A stretch of 64,000 nt of DNA from a virus: positions 45,945 to 109,944 of the IMG/VR virus record IMGVR_UViG_3300022562_000354; one strand, given 5' to 3'. Below are positions 37,793 to 46,949 of the stretch, one piece after another. Position numbers and translations under genes: made by a program. Numbering within the stretch: position 1 is the first letter of the stretch; each line of letters opens with the position of its first letter. The notes beneath the pieces were generated by a model. That model made no database searches. It was not told where the DNA came from and saw only the letters and a program-made list of their open reading frames with translations.

Positions 37793-38326
37793 CTAGCTGA
37801 GAGTAATGGAAAAAGTCACGGTCAAAGTGTCGTTTGTGAACAAGGTACGGGGCGAGAACTGGATCTCGTGAGCCATGGTCCCGGCCGCCGCATCATCGAA
37901 GAGCGCCGTCTTCTGCACCTGCTGGGGTCCGGGGACGCCCGTGTAGGTAAAGATTTTTTGGAGGACCGACTGCGTCCCGGTACCCGTGGGGAGGGTCACG
38001 GTGGCGAGGGCTCGTTGAAGACCGGCTGTGCTCGGGGTGTTGGTGATCTCCCCAGCGAGGACCGTGTCCGCCTGGTCCGGCGCACCAGAGTCGTTGGTCA
38101 GGGCGATGTAGTTGAGCCCCGTCCCAAGACCCGTACGTTGCCCACCCGCACCATAGAGGTACGTGTGGATACGGACGCGGCCGGCGTCGGTCACGATGTT
38201 GGAGGACTCCTGCTCGTCGATGACTTTGCGGAGCCACAGGCCCTTCTTCTCGTCGTAGTCATACGGCCTCTCGTGCCGGATGACCGCCCGAGCCCGAGGT
38301 CCGCTCACAATTTCATTGATCAGCAT
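37793..38326 (-). CDS. Tail-collar/fibre-like beta-sandwich protein, relative of 23316..23987
   Basis: NIVTDAG...YIAL...DTVLAGEI...ALFDDAAAGTM...DTLTVTFSITLS. GGAGG RBS. Confidence 0.7.
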   Translation of the reverse strand: MLINEIVSGPRARAVIRHERPYDYDEKKGLWLRKVIDEQESSNIVTDAGRVRIHTYLYGAGGQRTGLGTGLNYIALTNDSGAPDQADTVLAGEITNTPSTAGLQRALATVTLPTGTGTQSVLQKIFTYTGVPGPQQVQKTALFDDAAAGTMAHEIQFSPRTLFTNDTLTVTFSITLS

Positions 38327-38349
38327 TCGTTCCTCCTACCGGGGGCGAA

Positions 38350-38363
38350 GATAAAAGGTTTCC
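38350..38363 (-). promoter_or_regulatory. Putative late promoter, GGAAACCTTTTATC
   Basis: Intergenic, about 24 nt before the ATG at 38326. Confidence 0.4.
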
Positions 38364-38368
38364 ACGCC

Positions 38369-39187
38369 CTAGAAGTCTCCACCGTGGTCCTCGTCCGTCA
38401 CGGACTGGTTCTCTTTGACACCGAGACGGTCCCGGTCCTTCAAGCCTTGAGGGAAGACCCGGAAGTCGTCGTAGTAGTAGTTGGACAAGCGCCACCGAGA
38501 GGAGTCGAGGATCTTGCCCCCGTCATCTTGGTTCGGGGTGTAGTCGTCCCGAAAGAGGTAGCGGATGCGGAAGAGCGTGTGAGCCGGTCGGATGATGTCA
38601 AGAATCAACCGAATGTTGGAGTCGAGCGTGAAGACATCCTCCGGGAAGCCCGCCCCACCCAGAGCTTCAATGTCGATCTGGAAGCCGAACTGGTCGCTGA
38701 TATCGAGCCCGGAGGCCCCCGCTCGAACGAGGAGGAAGTTCTCCGTGACCGACACCCCATCCGAAACGAACAGCTCGACACCGTCCCTCATGCTCGACGG
38801 GACCGATCCTTGAAAGTAGATCCGAATGACGTTGAGCAGGAAGGACTTGAATTCAACGTCGTCGAAGGTGGTCTGCGGGAGCTTCCCGTTCAAGAAGACG
38901 AGGTACCCGATGATGCTGTAGAGAAAGTCCGAGCGGGTGTTGAGGAAGTTGGAGTCGAAGTCCACGTCCTCCAAGGCCAGCTCCAAGCGAGCCAGCTCGA
39001 CCGCTACGGCCTTCACTTCGTTCGTGTAGTTCGGGCCTTGGATCGTGGAGACCCAGTTGGACGGGAGCAGGTTTAGGAGCGTGGTGAAGATGGACTGCGC
39101 TCGCTGAGCAAGGCGGAAGTTGTACTCCTTGCCCTTCTGCTGGATCGTGTAGTTGACCCGAGTGAGCGAACGGTCGAACCTCGCCAT
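38369..39187 (-). CDS. Baseplate wedge subunit (P2 gpI / T4 gp7-like)
   Basis: Follows the J-like gene. LLNLLP, FLY..IG, D.EFK..L and IIRPAHT motifs are typical of this class. Confidence 0.7.
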   Translation of the reverse strand: MARFDRSLTRVNYTIQQKGKEYNFRLAQRAQSIFTTLLNLLPSNWVSTIQGPNYTNEVKAVAVELARLELALEDVDFDSNFLNTRSDFLYSIIGYLVFLNGKLPQTTFDDVEFKSFLLNVIRIYFQGSVPSSMRDGVELFVSDGVSVTENFLLVRAGASGLDISDQFGFQIDIEALGGAGFPEDVFTLDSNIRLILDIIRPAHTLFRIRYLFRDDYTPNQDDGGKILDSSRWRLSNYYYDDFRVFPQGLKDRDRLGVKENQSVTDEDHGGDF

Positions 39188-39189
39188 GC

Positions 39190-42100
39190 TTACTTCGCCT
39201 CGCGGAAGGTGATCGTGAACTTCCCGAGGTCCAAGAACTCGACGCCCGAAGCGGTCATGTCCTTGGTGCCGACATCACCTCGAATGACGTAACTTACCGC
39301 GTAGTTATGGTTGGAGGGCTCATCCGGTGGAACACCGGCCCCCGACAGAGAGATCACGATGTGGTTGGCCGTTCGGCGCAGAATCTCCGCATCCTGAGTA
39401 GCCGTCGTCAAGAAGCCGTCTGCTACGAGAGTGGGCGTGTCCGTGTAACCCAAGATGACGGCGCCATCATTGCCGATGATGAAGGCTTGGTTCGCATCGG
39501 AACATACGGACGAGAGCGTATCGACGATGGTGAGAGGCTCATCGTCTTGGAAGACCCCCTTGTGTTCCGTAGGGAGCCCACCACCGTCCGTTGTGGGGAA
39601 CTTGAGAGCGCTCGTTAGGATGAAGGCGACGTTGCCGCCGATGTCCAAGGTGGCGAGATGCTCACTGGCAGAGGTAAGCGTTTCACGCAGCTTTCTTGAG
39701 CCATCGGCGTAGGCCATACGCGCGAGGGGGATGACCTGGAAGTCGACTCCCTCCGAGGCATCAATCGAGTGGATCAGGTCGGACTGAGCGATCCCTTGGC
39801 CGATGAGGCGACGGTTCAACTCCAAGCTGACATTCGACCGGATCGTCGGGTCCGCCTTGTCACGGGTAGCGCCGGAGAGGAGCTGGACCGTGGTTTCGAT
39901 CTCGACCGAATTTTGGACCGCTTGCTTGACGATAACGTCGGCAGTCGTATGGCGCCGCGAGTTGATCGTGCGTTGGAGCTGTTGGAGAAGGTCGTTGATG
40001 ACGTACGAGACCGTGAAGTTCTCGTCGTGGACATAGTCGACCGAGACCGTAGCCCCGTTGGGGATGTCCGAGCTGCTTGTACGGACAAGTTTCACGGGGG
40101 TTGTAGGTGTACCCTCGATGATCTCGAAGTCTGGGACCGTCTCCTCCGGTCCGTCGTACTCCACCGTACGGTCGGCGTTGAAAACGCGGATGGTCTTGGT
40201 GTTGATACCGATCGAAAGGAGGGGCTCCTCGATGAAGCCGATAAGCACGTGTTGCTCATCGTTCACCGGAAGGCTGTCTCCAGACGGGATGCCTCCCACC
40301 TGGTTGATCGAGAGAAAGTCCGAGGCGATCGTGCTCTCCCCTTCAAGAAGAGGGTCCTCGGTCTTGTAGAGGTCGTAGCCAAGGGTGGGATCCAACGTGC
40401 CCGAGATTTCACCGACAACAGAAACGACGCGTCGGACAGGCTGGAAGGTGAACTTGAACTGGTTGAGCGCTCGGAATCGGTAGTCTGCCGTGACAACGTC
40501 GTCGATGTTCGTGACAGGCTGACTAACCAAGAGCGGGTTCAATTTGAACGTCTGGTAGTCGATGATCGTGACCCCGGTAAGGTCGTAATCGAGACCTTGG
40601 GTGACGTTTCGTACGCCGAGGCCATTCGCAGAGTCGTCGAGGATCTCCGTTACTGGGGTCGAGGGAGTGACGCGGCTGTCCTGAACACGGAAGATCAGGT
40701 TGGCAAGGTCAAGGATTTGGCACTGAACGTCACGGGCCACTGAGAAGGTGAAGGCGAACTTCTCCGTGACCTGACGCTCGCGAAGACCCTGAACCCACAC
40801 GTCCACCTTGCCGCCGATGTGCTTGCGGCGGATGTCGTCGTAGTCCCGCATCATCAAGTCGTCCCCAGACTTGATGACCTTGGCCTTCAAGACGCCGATC
40901 TGCTCGGCAGTGGTGGAGGTGTACCCACCCTCCGTACCCGTATCGACCGAGACGAAGCCCAGCATGGCTCGGGTAGCCAAATCCGCGTTGGACTCCCGGT
41001 CGCTCCCAAAGACCGTCGCCTCCGTGTTGGTCACAAGGAGGCCCGTCACCCCTTGGGCACTCTTGATCTGCCCGGCCGGTCGGTTCCCATCGGCGCCAAC
41101 TGTCTCTGCGACGATGTCTACCGTCAGCTCATAGCGCTTCGTGTCGAAGTTGTAGTAGGCGTCAGCATTGGCTGCGGACAGGATGAAGGTGCCACCTACG
41201 AGGAATCGAACAGAGGGGATACCAAGCGAAGCATCCGCATCCGTGGTCACAATCGTACCGGAGGGGACCGGAAGGTCGAAGAGGGGCTTAGATGTCGTGT
41301 AGAAGACAGCCTGACCTACAGCCGGCCGACCTGGCAAACGCTTCTTGTTGGCGTTCCCGGCGAGCTTGTCAAAGGCGGAATCCACGAGGCTCTGAACCGC
41401 CGAGTTGCTCGTGAAGCCGAGGGCGGCCCGAAGCGCCGTCTTGTAGGCGCTCGCTTCTACGAAGTCCGACTCCCCGTCGTTGTTAGCGTCATCGATTTGG
41501 AGGAGCGTGAGGAAGCTCTGCGCCCGGTGGACGAAGTCCAAGAGGAAGTAGAGTCGCTCCGCCTCCGAGCTGAATGGATCGATCGACACGTCACGGGTTG
41601 TCGAGCCCGGAACCAAGCTGATCTCTTGGTTCACCCGTTGAATGGCGGTGATGAATTGGTTGGTGATCTCGAACTGCGTCCGACCGGGTAGGTCTCGGAT
41701 GGCCGTGTCGATGGTGAGCGGAGAGCCAAGTACCTCTTGAGAAAAAGGGCTCTCGATCTCCGTGCTCGTCGAATCGTCGTAGTATACGGCCGTAACGACG
41801 TAATACAGCGGGTCCGTGTCGGCGACGTTAACGAACTGGTCGTCGTTCAGGATGCCGGGTCCTCCAGCTCGCGTATGCCGGAAGTAGACGAACTGCGTGA
41901 GGGTTCTGTCTTGGAGGGTGGAGGCGAACTTGAACTGGTTGGTGAAGGCGGTGATGTCGTAGGCGCGATCAAACCGAACTTCGGTCTCGTTTCCGAACTG
42001 GTCCTCCTCCGTGACGCGGATCCGAACCGACTGAGCGATGGACTCCTCCGAGGCGTCCCAGACCACGTTGTCCGTTCCAATGTCGAAGAGGTCTTCCTCG

Positions 42101-42684
42101 TAGACATCGGAGGCGGTGGTGACGAGGTTCTCATTGATGCGGAAATAACCGGCCGTCCCACCCGGAGAGACGGAAGCATAGTAGTGGAACCCGATGAACT
42201 TGGGGCCGCCGTTATCGGGCTCGGGGGTACCCACGATCGCCAGCGGGCTAAGGGTGTTCACAACCTGCGAGTCTGGAATCGCGGCGAGAACGTCAACCGC
42301 ATCCCTACGGCGGCGGACCCGGATACCCGAGGGTGCCTCCGCCGTGGCGATATCCGCTGCCCTGACCTTGGTGATATTGACGATAGAGGCACCGCTCACG
42401 CCGCCGATGATGTCGATCGTGCGGATGAGGATGACGTTCTTACCGGGCTCCAAAATGAAGCCGGTCGGGTAGTTGTCCGGGTTGGGAAGGGTGAAGTTGG
42501 GGAGGTCGAACTTCACCAGGGTCGGATCAGAGACGAACGGAGCCCCGTTGATCGAGACTTGGATGTCCGCCGTGCTTACGTCAACCTGACCTTCGATGAA
42601 GATGGCCTCTTGGTTCGTGTTGAACGTCAACGTCTGGGTGTAACCAGAACCGTCTCTCAGGGCGATTTGCGGTGCGAAGGCCAT
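39190..42684 (-). CDS. Baseplate J / T4 gp6-like wedge protein with N-terminal Ig/FN3-like extension
   Basis: PGSTTRD, AVGQAVF, VPSGTIV, IVAETVGADGN, TN...GSDRESNADLATR, GTEGGY, GKVDVWV. Confidence 0.85.
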   Translation of the reverse strand: MAFAPQIALRDGSGYTQTLTFNTNQEAIFIEGQVDVSTADIQVSINGAPFVSDPTLVKFDLPNFTLPNPDNYPTGFILEPGKNVILIRTIDIIGGVSGASIVNITKVRAADIATAEAPSGIRVRRRRDAVDVLAAIPDSQVVNTLSPLAIVGTPEPDNGGPKFIGFHYYASVSPGGTAGYFRINENLVTTASDVYEEDLFDIGTDNVVWDASEESIAQSVRIRVTEEDQFGNETEVRFDRAYDITAFTNQFKFASTLQDRTLTQFVYFRHTRAGGPGILNDDQFVNVADTDPLYYVVTAVYYDDSTSTEIESPFSQEVLGSPLTIDTAIRDLPGRTQFEITNQFITAIQRVNQEISLVPGSTTRDVSIDPFSSEAERLYFLLDFVHRAQSFLTLLQIDDANNDGESDFVEASAYKTALRAALGFTSNSAVQSLVDSAFDKLAGNANKKRLPGRPAVGQAVFYTTSKPLFDLPVPSGTIVTTDADASLGIPSVRFLVGGTFILSAANADAYYNFDTKRYELTVDIVAETVGADGNRPAGQIKSAQGVTGLLVTNTEATVFGSDRESNADLATRAMLGFVSVDTGTEGGYTSTTAEQIGVLKAKVIKSGDDLMMRDYDDIRRKHIGGKVDVWVQGLRERQVTEKFAFTFSVARDVQCQILDLANLIFRVQDSRVTPSTPVTEILDDSANGLGVRNVTQGLDYDLTGVTIIDYQTFKLNPLLVSQPVTNIDDVVTADYRFRALNQFKFTFQPVRRVVSVVGEISGTLDPTLGYDLYKTEDPLLEGESTIASDFLSINQVGGIPSGDSLPVNDEQHVLIGFIEEPLLSIGINTKTIRVFNADRTVEYDGPEETVPDFEIIEGTPTTPVKLVRTSSSDIPNGATVSVDYVHDENFTVSYVINDLLQQLQRTINSRRHTTADVIVKQAVQNSVEIETTVQLLSGATRDKADPTIRSNVSLELNRRLIGQGIAQSDLIHSIDASEGVDFQVIPLARMAYADGSRKLRETLTSASEHLATLDIGGNVAFILTSALKFPTTDGGGLPTEHKGVFQDDEPLTIVDTLSSVCSDANQAFIIGNDGAVILGYTDTPTLVADGFLTTATQDAEILRRTANHIVISLSGAGVPPDEPSNHNYAVSYVIRGDVGTKDMTASGVEFLDLGKFTITFREAK

Positions 42685-42685
42685 G

Positions 42686-43819
42686 TCAGCTCACCAAACT
42701 GAAGTCACGTAGAGATTGACGGAACGCCCCTTGAGCGGAACCCCCTAGCAGGTCTTCTGGCTGCGGCAGTTTGACCCCACGCGTCAACAAGAGGGTCTGT
42801 CGGGACCGGCTTTGGATCTCGACGTTGACGAAGATGACCGTTGGGTCCTTCTGGCTCTGATCCAACTGGACGCTCGTAAGCCGGAAGGGGAACTCCCCGT
42901 CATCAAGGAACTGCCCCACATTCTCCTCTTGCTGCTTCTTGATCGACTGCCATCGGTTGAACGTTGTGTAAACGTCCGAAACAATAGCGTTTTGGACGAT
43001 ACCTCGCGTGGACAACTTCTGTCCAATTTGCTCAACGATGGTGGCCCCGTACCACGGGTGGAAGGGGTTGGACCCTCGAACCGTGTAGATGATCTTCTGA
43101 AGCTCTTGAATGAGCAGGGCTTCGGACCGAGCTTCCGCAATCGATCCATCCGTACCGTAACGCCAGTCGTTCTCAACTCCGACCCCACCACAACGACGGC
43201 ACTCTTGACGGATCGTCGTGTAGTTGATCTCCACGTGGTCATCGAAGCCCCGCAGGGGGGAGTCGAAGACGATCATCCGGACAGGTCGATCGAGCAGAGT
43301 GTCGGGGTCGTTTACGAGTGTCCAGCCAGGAGCAACCTCCTGTCCTCGAAACACCCGATTCGCCTTCACACCCAACGTTGACGAAAGGGTGCTCGAAGGG
43401 TCGATGAAGACGGTGGAGTCTCGCCCCGACAACTCTGACCTGAAGATCATGAAGTTGCGGTCCGCCGAAAACCGAACCCCTTTGAGGCGTTGGTTGAGCT
43501 GGTCGGCGATCCTTGAGACGGGCATCCGCGTGCTCGTAGGGAGCGTTGCTGTCTGAAGCGCCCCTCCGTTGACCCGCACATGCAGAAGGTTGTTGACCCC
43601 CTCCACAATCGTAAACGGCCCTTCCTTGGTCCCGGTAGACCTGGCGGGGACGTGAACTCCAGTGGATGGGACCATTAGCTCCCCGTTCAATCGAACGACC
43701 ACGGAGTCGGCCGAGGAGATCGGTCGAACAGGAATCACGGCTTGCTGCTCCGTCAGAAGCAGAAGCTCGTCCACAACGAGATGTGGACATAGCTGGTCAA
43801 TCTGACGGTCGTAACTCAT
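42686..43819 (-). CDS. gp25/GPW-like baseplate wedge (sheath-initiator) domain fused to an N-terminal domain
   Basis: C-terminal LIQELQKIIYTVRGSNPFHPWYGAT motif. CRRCGGVG. Directly upstream of the J-like gene. Confidence 0.75.
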   Translation of the reverse strand: MSYDRQIDQLCPHLVVDELLLLTEQQAVIPVRPISSADSVVVRLNGELMVPSTGVHVPARSTGTKEGPFTIVEGVNNLLHVRVNGGALQTATLPTSTRMPVSRIADQLNQRLKGVRFSADRNFMIFRSELSGRDSTVFIDPSSTLSSTLGVKANRVFRGQEVAPGWTLVNDPDTLLDRPVRMIVFDSPLRGFDDHVEINYTTIRQECRRCGGVGVENDWRYGTDGSIAEARSEALLIQELQKIIYTVRGSNPFHPWYGATIVEQIGQKLSTRGIVQNAIVSDVYTTFNRWQSIKKQQEENVGQFLDDGEFPFRLTSVQLDQSQKDPTVIFVNVEIQSRSRQTLLLTRGVKLPQPEDLLGGSAQGAFRQSLRDFSLVS

Positions 43820-44571
43820 GACCCACTCTCCCCAGAGATGGCGTAGCCGCTACCGCTACGTTCAATCACAAGACCATCTGGGTTGTTACGAGTCGGGCCG
43901 GGGTCGTACTCCGACATCGGCGCGTGCGTGAGCTTGCCGAAGGGGTCTTTGCCCTTGTCGTCGATGATGGCCCGGTAGTTCTTGTTGGCGAACAGTTGGT
44001 TGACTTCCGTTACGATGTTCTCCAACGAGTTGGCCACATCGGCGGATTGCTTGATCTTTTTCAGCTCATCGATCTCGGCTTGGAGCTGGTCGCCGTAGTC
44101 CAGCATGCGCCGGATCTTCCGTTCCAACGCAGCTCGACGATCGAGCGTAGCCGCCATGAACGACTTGAGCCGCTGGACGTACTGAGCCGTTGGAGCATCC
44201 GCGAGCCCTTGCGCCGTCAAGGGCTCTCCGTTCGACATCACCTTCGGAGCCGACACTTCAGAGCCCGTGGGGAGGAAGACGCTTTGGTCGGCGAGGGATC
44301 GGGTCTGAAGCTCGTAAAAAGCGTCTCCCCCGAGAGCCTCGTACGCTTGCATGAGCTTGCCGATGTAGGTAGGGGATCCGCCCTCGGCCCCCGTCTTGTA
44401 CTCCGTGGGTCGTCCGGCTGCGTCATACGTGAATCGTAGGTAGCCGACACGACCTTGCTCGACGGTGAGGTGCTTGATCCTCTCGTCGATGAGCAGAAGT
44501 TGCTTCCGCGCATACTCCGTGAGCCGCTCGAACTGGCTCTTGTTGAAGGTACCTCCAAAGTAGAACGGCAT
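43816..44571 (-). CDS. Hypothetical helical/coiled-coil virion protein
   Basis: 251 aa, coupled to the gp25-like gene, with a heptad-like segment LERKIRR...IDELK. Confidence 0.65.
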   Translation of the reverse strand: MPFYFGGTFNKSQFERLTEYARKQLLLIDERIKHLTVEQGRVGYLRFTYDAAGRPTEYKTGAEGGSPTYIGKLMQAYEALGGDAFYELQTRSLADQSVFLPTGSEVSAPKVMSNGEPLTAQGLADAPTAQYVQRLKSFMAATLDRRAALERKIRRMLDYGDQLQAEIDELKKIKQSADVANSLENIVTEVNQLFANKNYRAIIDDKGKDPFGKLTHAPMSEYDPGPTRNNPDGLVIERSGSGYAISGESGS

Positions 44572-44589
44572 CCTACCTAGCCCCTTCGT

Positions 44590-46743
44590 TCAGAAGATTA
44601 GCGAGAAGGCCGTGGCGAAGGCTTCAACGTTGGGTCCGGAGTAGGCCAGAGCCACCCCACCCGTGTAGCCACCCGGACCAGACGGGGGTTTCGTCCCTCC
44701 TGCTGTGTCGATAGCCTGGATCCAAGCCGGGATCCCACCGTCCGTGTCAGGAACCGACAGGAAGTAGAAGCCCGCCGAGAAGCTGTCGAGATAGTTGAGG
44801 ATTTCGATCAGGAACTTGATGAACCGCTCCAACACGTCAATTTTGCGGATGAGCAGGTCGATGAATGCTTTGATCTCGTCGAGAGCGCTCTTGAATGCCT
44901 CCAGAAGCGCGTCAATACGGGCGAGCAATTCGTAGATGAACTGCCCAGAAAACGGGATGATGTCGCGGAGCAGGCTGATTGAAACCCAGTCGGGAGGGAC
45001 ACCTCCGAGCGTAAAGCTCTTGAGGAAACGCACCGCATTCAGAACGTTGAGACGTACCTCCAAGCTCGTGTAAGCGAAGCTGTACGTCTGATAGACAAGA
45101 CGATGGTACTTTTCTGGGAAGTCATCCGGTACCTTGGTGAAGTTGATCACCAGCTCCTCAATCGAGGAGACGCTCTCCAAGTACCCCTTGCCGCCTGAAA
45201 TAGCCTTGGGGAGAGACTTGTAGAGGTCGCGGAGGGAGGTAAGCATCCCGCTATTTTCAAGCAGGGTGGCGGCGACTCCGTTCGTCAAACGAGCGGCCTG
45301 AGCCTTCACGGAGAAGTAGTTGTAGGTAACGTCCGGGTTGTCGACTGGGGTGTCATCCGGCACGTCTGTACCTTGTCCACCTTGAACCCCACCAAGAGCC
45401 CCAAAGTTCAGGTTGGGTACGATGCGCCCTAGAGGCCCAGCGAGGTTCAACAGAGAGCCCCGACCAACTTGAGCGACCGGAGTATCCCCTGTGTTGACCC
45501 CTTCCTCATCGAAGGTGGCATCCGGGGATGCTTCAAGGTGGAACCCGAGCGCAAACGCTGCCCGGAAGGTGGCATTTAGAACCGCGATCACGTCGAAGTC
45601 GGCTGGTACAGACTTCGGCACTCGTCCCGTGGTGATACCCGAAGGGCGACCCATGATGGCCGGATCGTTTGTATCCGTGGAGGGCCACTTTTGGATCGAC
45701 TCACCTCCGTTTTGCGGAGTCTCCGGATCCTTCAGGTTGAGGGAGGTCCCGGAAACGTCCAGGGAGCCGCTAAACGCACGGACACGGTAATAGTAGGTCG
45801 TATCCTCGGTAACGTCCGTGTCGATGTACCGGAACTTGCCAAGCTGCCCGAGGAGAAACGTCGATGTATTTTGGGTCGGGTCGATGACGATGTACTGCTC
45901 AAACTCACGCCAGAAGTCGCCGTGCTCGTCCCGAATTTGCTTCTTCCGCTTGACCCGCTTCCCCTTCTTGTCCTCGAACCGGGTCTCGTCCTCGATGACC
46001 TTGGTGGGCGGCCCACCAGCCACACTGGTCTTCTCGATCAACCACTTCTGAGGGATCAGCTCACTTGAGATCGTTGGGAGGATGTCGCTGAAACCAGGGT
46101 CGGGCGGAAACTGGTTCGTCGCCAAGGACCACTCGACCGCAAGCCCTTCCAGCTTCGCTCCGAAGACGCTCGCCACTTGTAGGATGGGATCGATGCTCTC
46201 TCCCCCCAAGGCCCCTGGCTTCTTACCAGCCGGGAACACCTTGAGGTTCGACGGTGCCGGATACTGAGGAGCGATCGAATCCTTGCCGAAGAACCGAAGG
46301 AGGATGGCGAGGAGCCTGAGCATCCCGAAGACCGACTCCGCGTCGGCCACGATGATGACGAACCCGCTCTTGTTGATGCCGGGGGCGGGCTGCGGGCGGA
46401 ACGGGTCCTTGCTGTCAAAGAGAGACGCCTTGAACCTCTCCGTGAACGCTTGGTACCCACCTCTGAAACGATCGAAGTTGGGGTCTATGGTTGGATTGGG
46501 TACGTCGAAGTACCCGTACAGACCCGTTCTCTTTAGGGACTCGAACAGTTGAAGGATGAGCTTGAGGAGAGCCTCGATAAGCGCCCGCAAGGGGTTACCG
46601 AAGTCGATGAGGAACATCTGGATCGTCTGGAGGATCGCCTTGAGAATCTCCAAGAAGATGAGGAGGGTCTCAAGAATGCCACGGACGGACTCAAGTAAGT
46701 CCTTCCCAGGGATCTTGATCTCAAAGGCTTTCCAATCCGACAC
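44590..46743 (-). CDS. Virion protein with amphipathic helical termini and a central FN3-like domain
   Basis: YIDTDVTEDTTYYYRVRAF is an FN3-like motif. Long Leu/Ile-rich helices at both ends. Confidence 0.68.
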   Translation of the reverse strand: MSDWKAFEIKIPGKDLLESVRGILETLLIFLEILKAILQTIQMFLIDFGNPLRALIEALLKLILQLFESLKRTGLYGYFDVPNPTIDPNFDRFRGGYQAFTERFKASLFDSKDPFRPQPAPGINKSGFVIIVADAESVFGMLRLLAILLRFFGKDSIAPQYPAPSNLKVFPAGKKPGALGGESIDPILQVASVFGAKLEGLAVEWSLATNQFPPDPGFSDILPTISSELIPQKWLIEKTSVAGGPPTKVIEDETRFEDKKGKRVKRKKQIRDEHGDFWREFEQYIVIDPTQNTSTFLLGQLGKFRYIDTDVTEDTTYYYRVRAFSGSLDVSGTSLNLKDPETPQNGGESIQKWPSTDTNDPAIMGRPSGITTGRVPKSVPADFDVIAVLNATFRAAFALGFHLEASPDATFDEEGVNTGDTPVAQVGRGSLLNLAGPLGRIVPNLNFGALGGVQGGQGTDVPDDTPVDNPDVTYNYFSVKAQAARLTNGVAATLLENSGMLTSLRDLYKSLPKAISGGKGYLESVSSIEELVINFTKVPDDFPEKYHRLVYQTYSFAYTSLEVRLNVLNAVRFLKSFTLGGVPPDWVSISLLRDIIPFSGQFIYELLARIDALLEAFKSALDEIKAFIDLLIRKIDVLERFIKFLIEILNYLDSFSAGFYFLSVPDTDGGIPAWIQAIDTAGGTKPPSGPGGYTGGVALAYSGPNVEAFATAFSLIF

Positions 46744-46744
46744 G

Positions 46745-46948
46745 TCAGCCCCCGTACGTGAGGCGGTCGAGCTTCTTGCGGAGCATGTCCACCTCCATCT
46801 CCGAGACCTTGATGGTCTTCTGGATGATGTCCTTCATCTGGTCGTTGATCTTGAAGTTCGTCTTGTACTCCCACTCGGCCTTCGGGGGCTCTTTGGTCTC
46901 CTCAGTCGGCGTGGGGTCCTCGGCCGGCGTGTTGTTCTCTTCGGACAT
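46745..46948 (-). CDS. Small coiled-coil hypothetical protein
   Basis: Fills the gap exactly with 1-nt spacing on each side. GGAGG upstream. Confidence 0.6.
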   Translation of the reverse strand: MSEENNTPAEDPTPTEETKEPPKAEWEYKTNFKINDQMKDIIQKTIKVSEMEVDMLRKKLDRLTYGG

Positions 46949-46949
46949 G

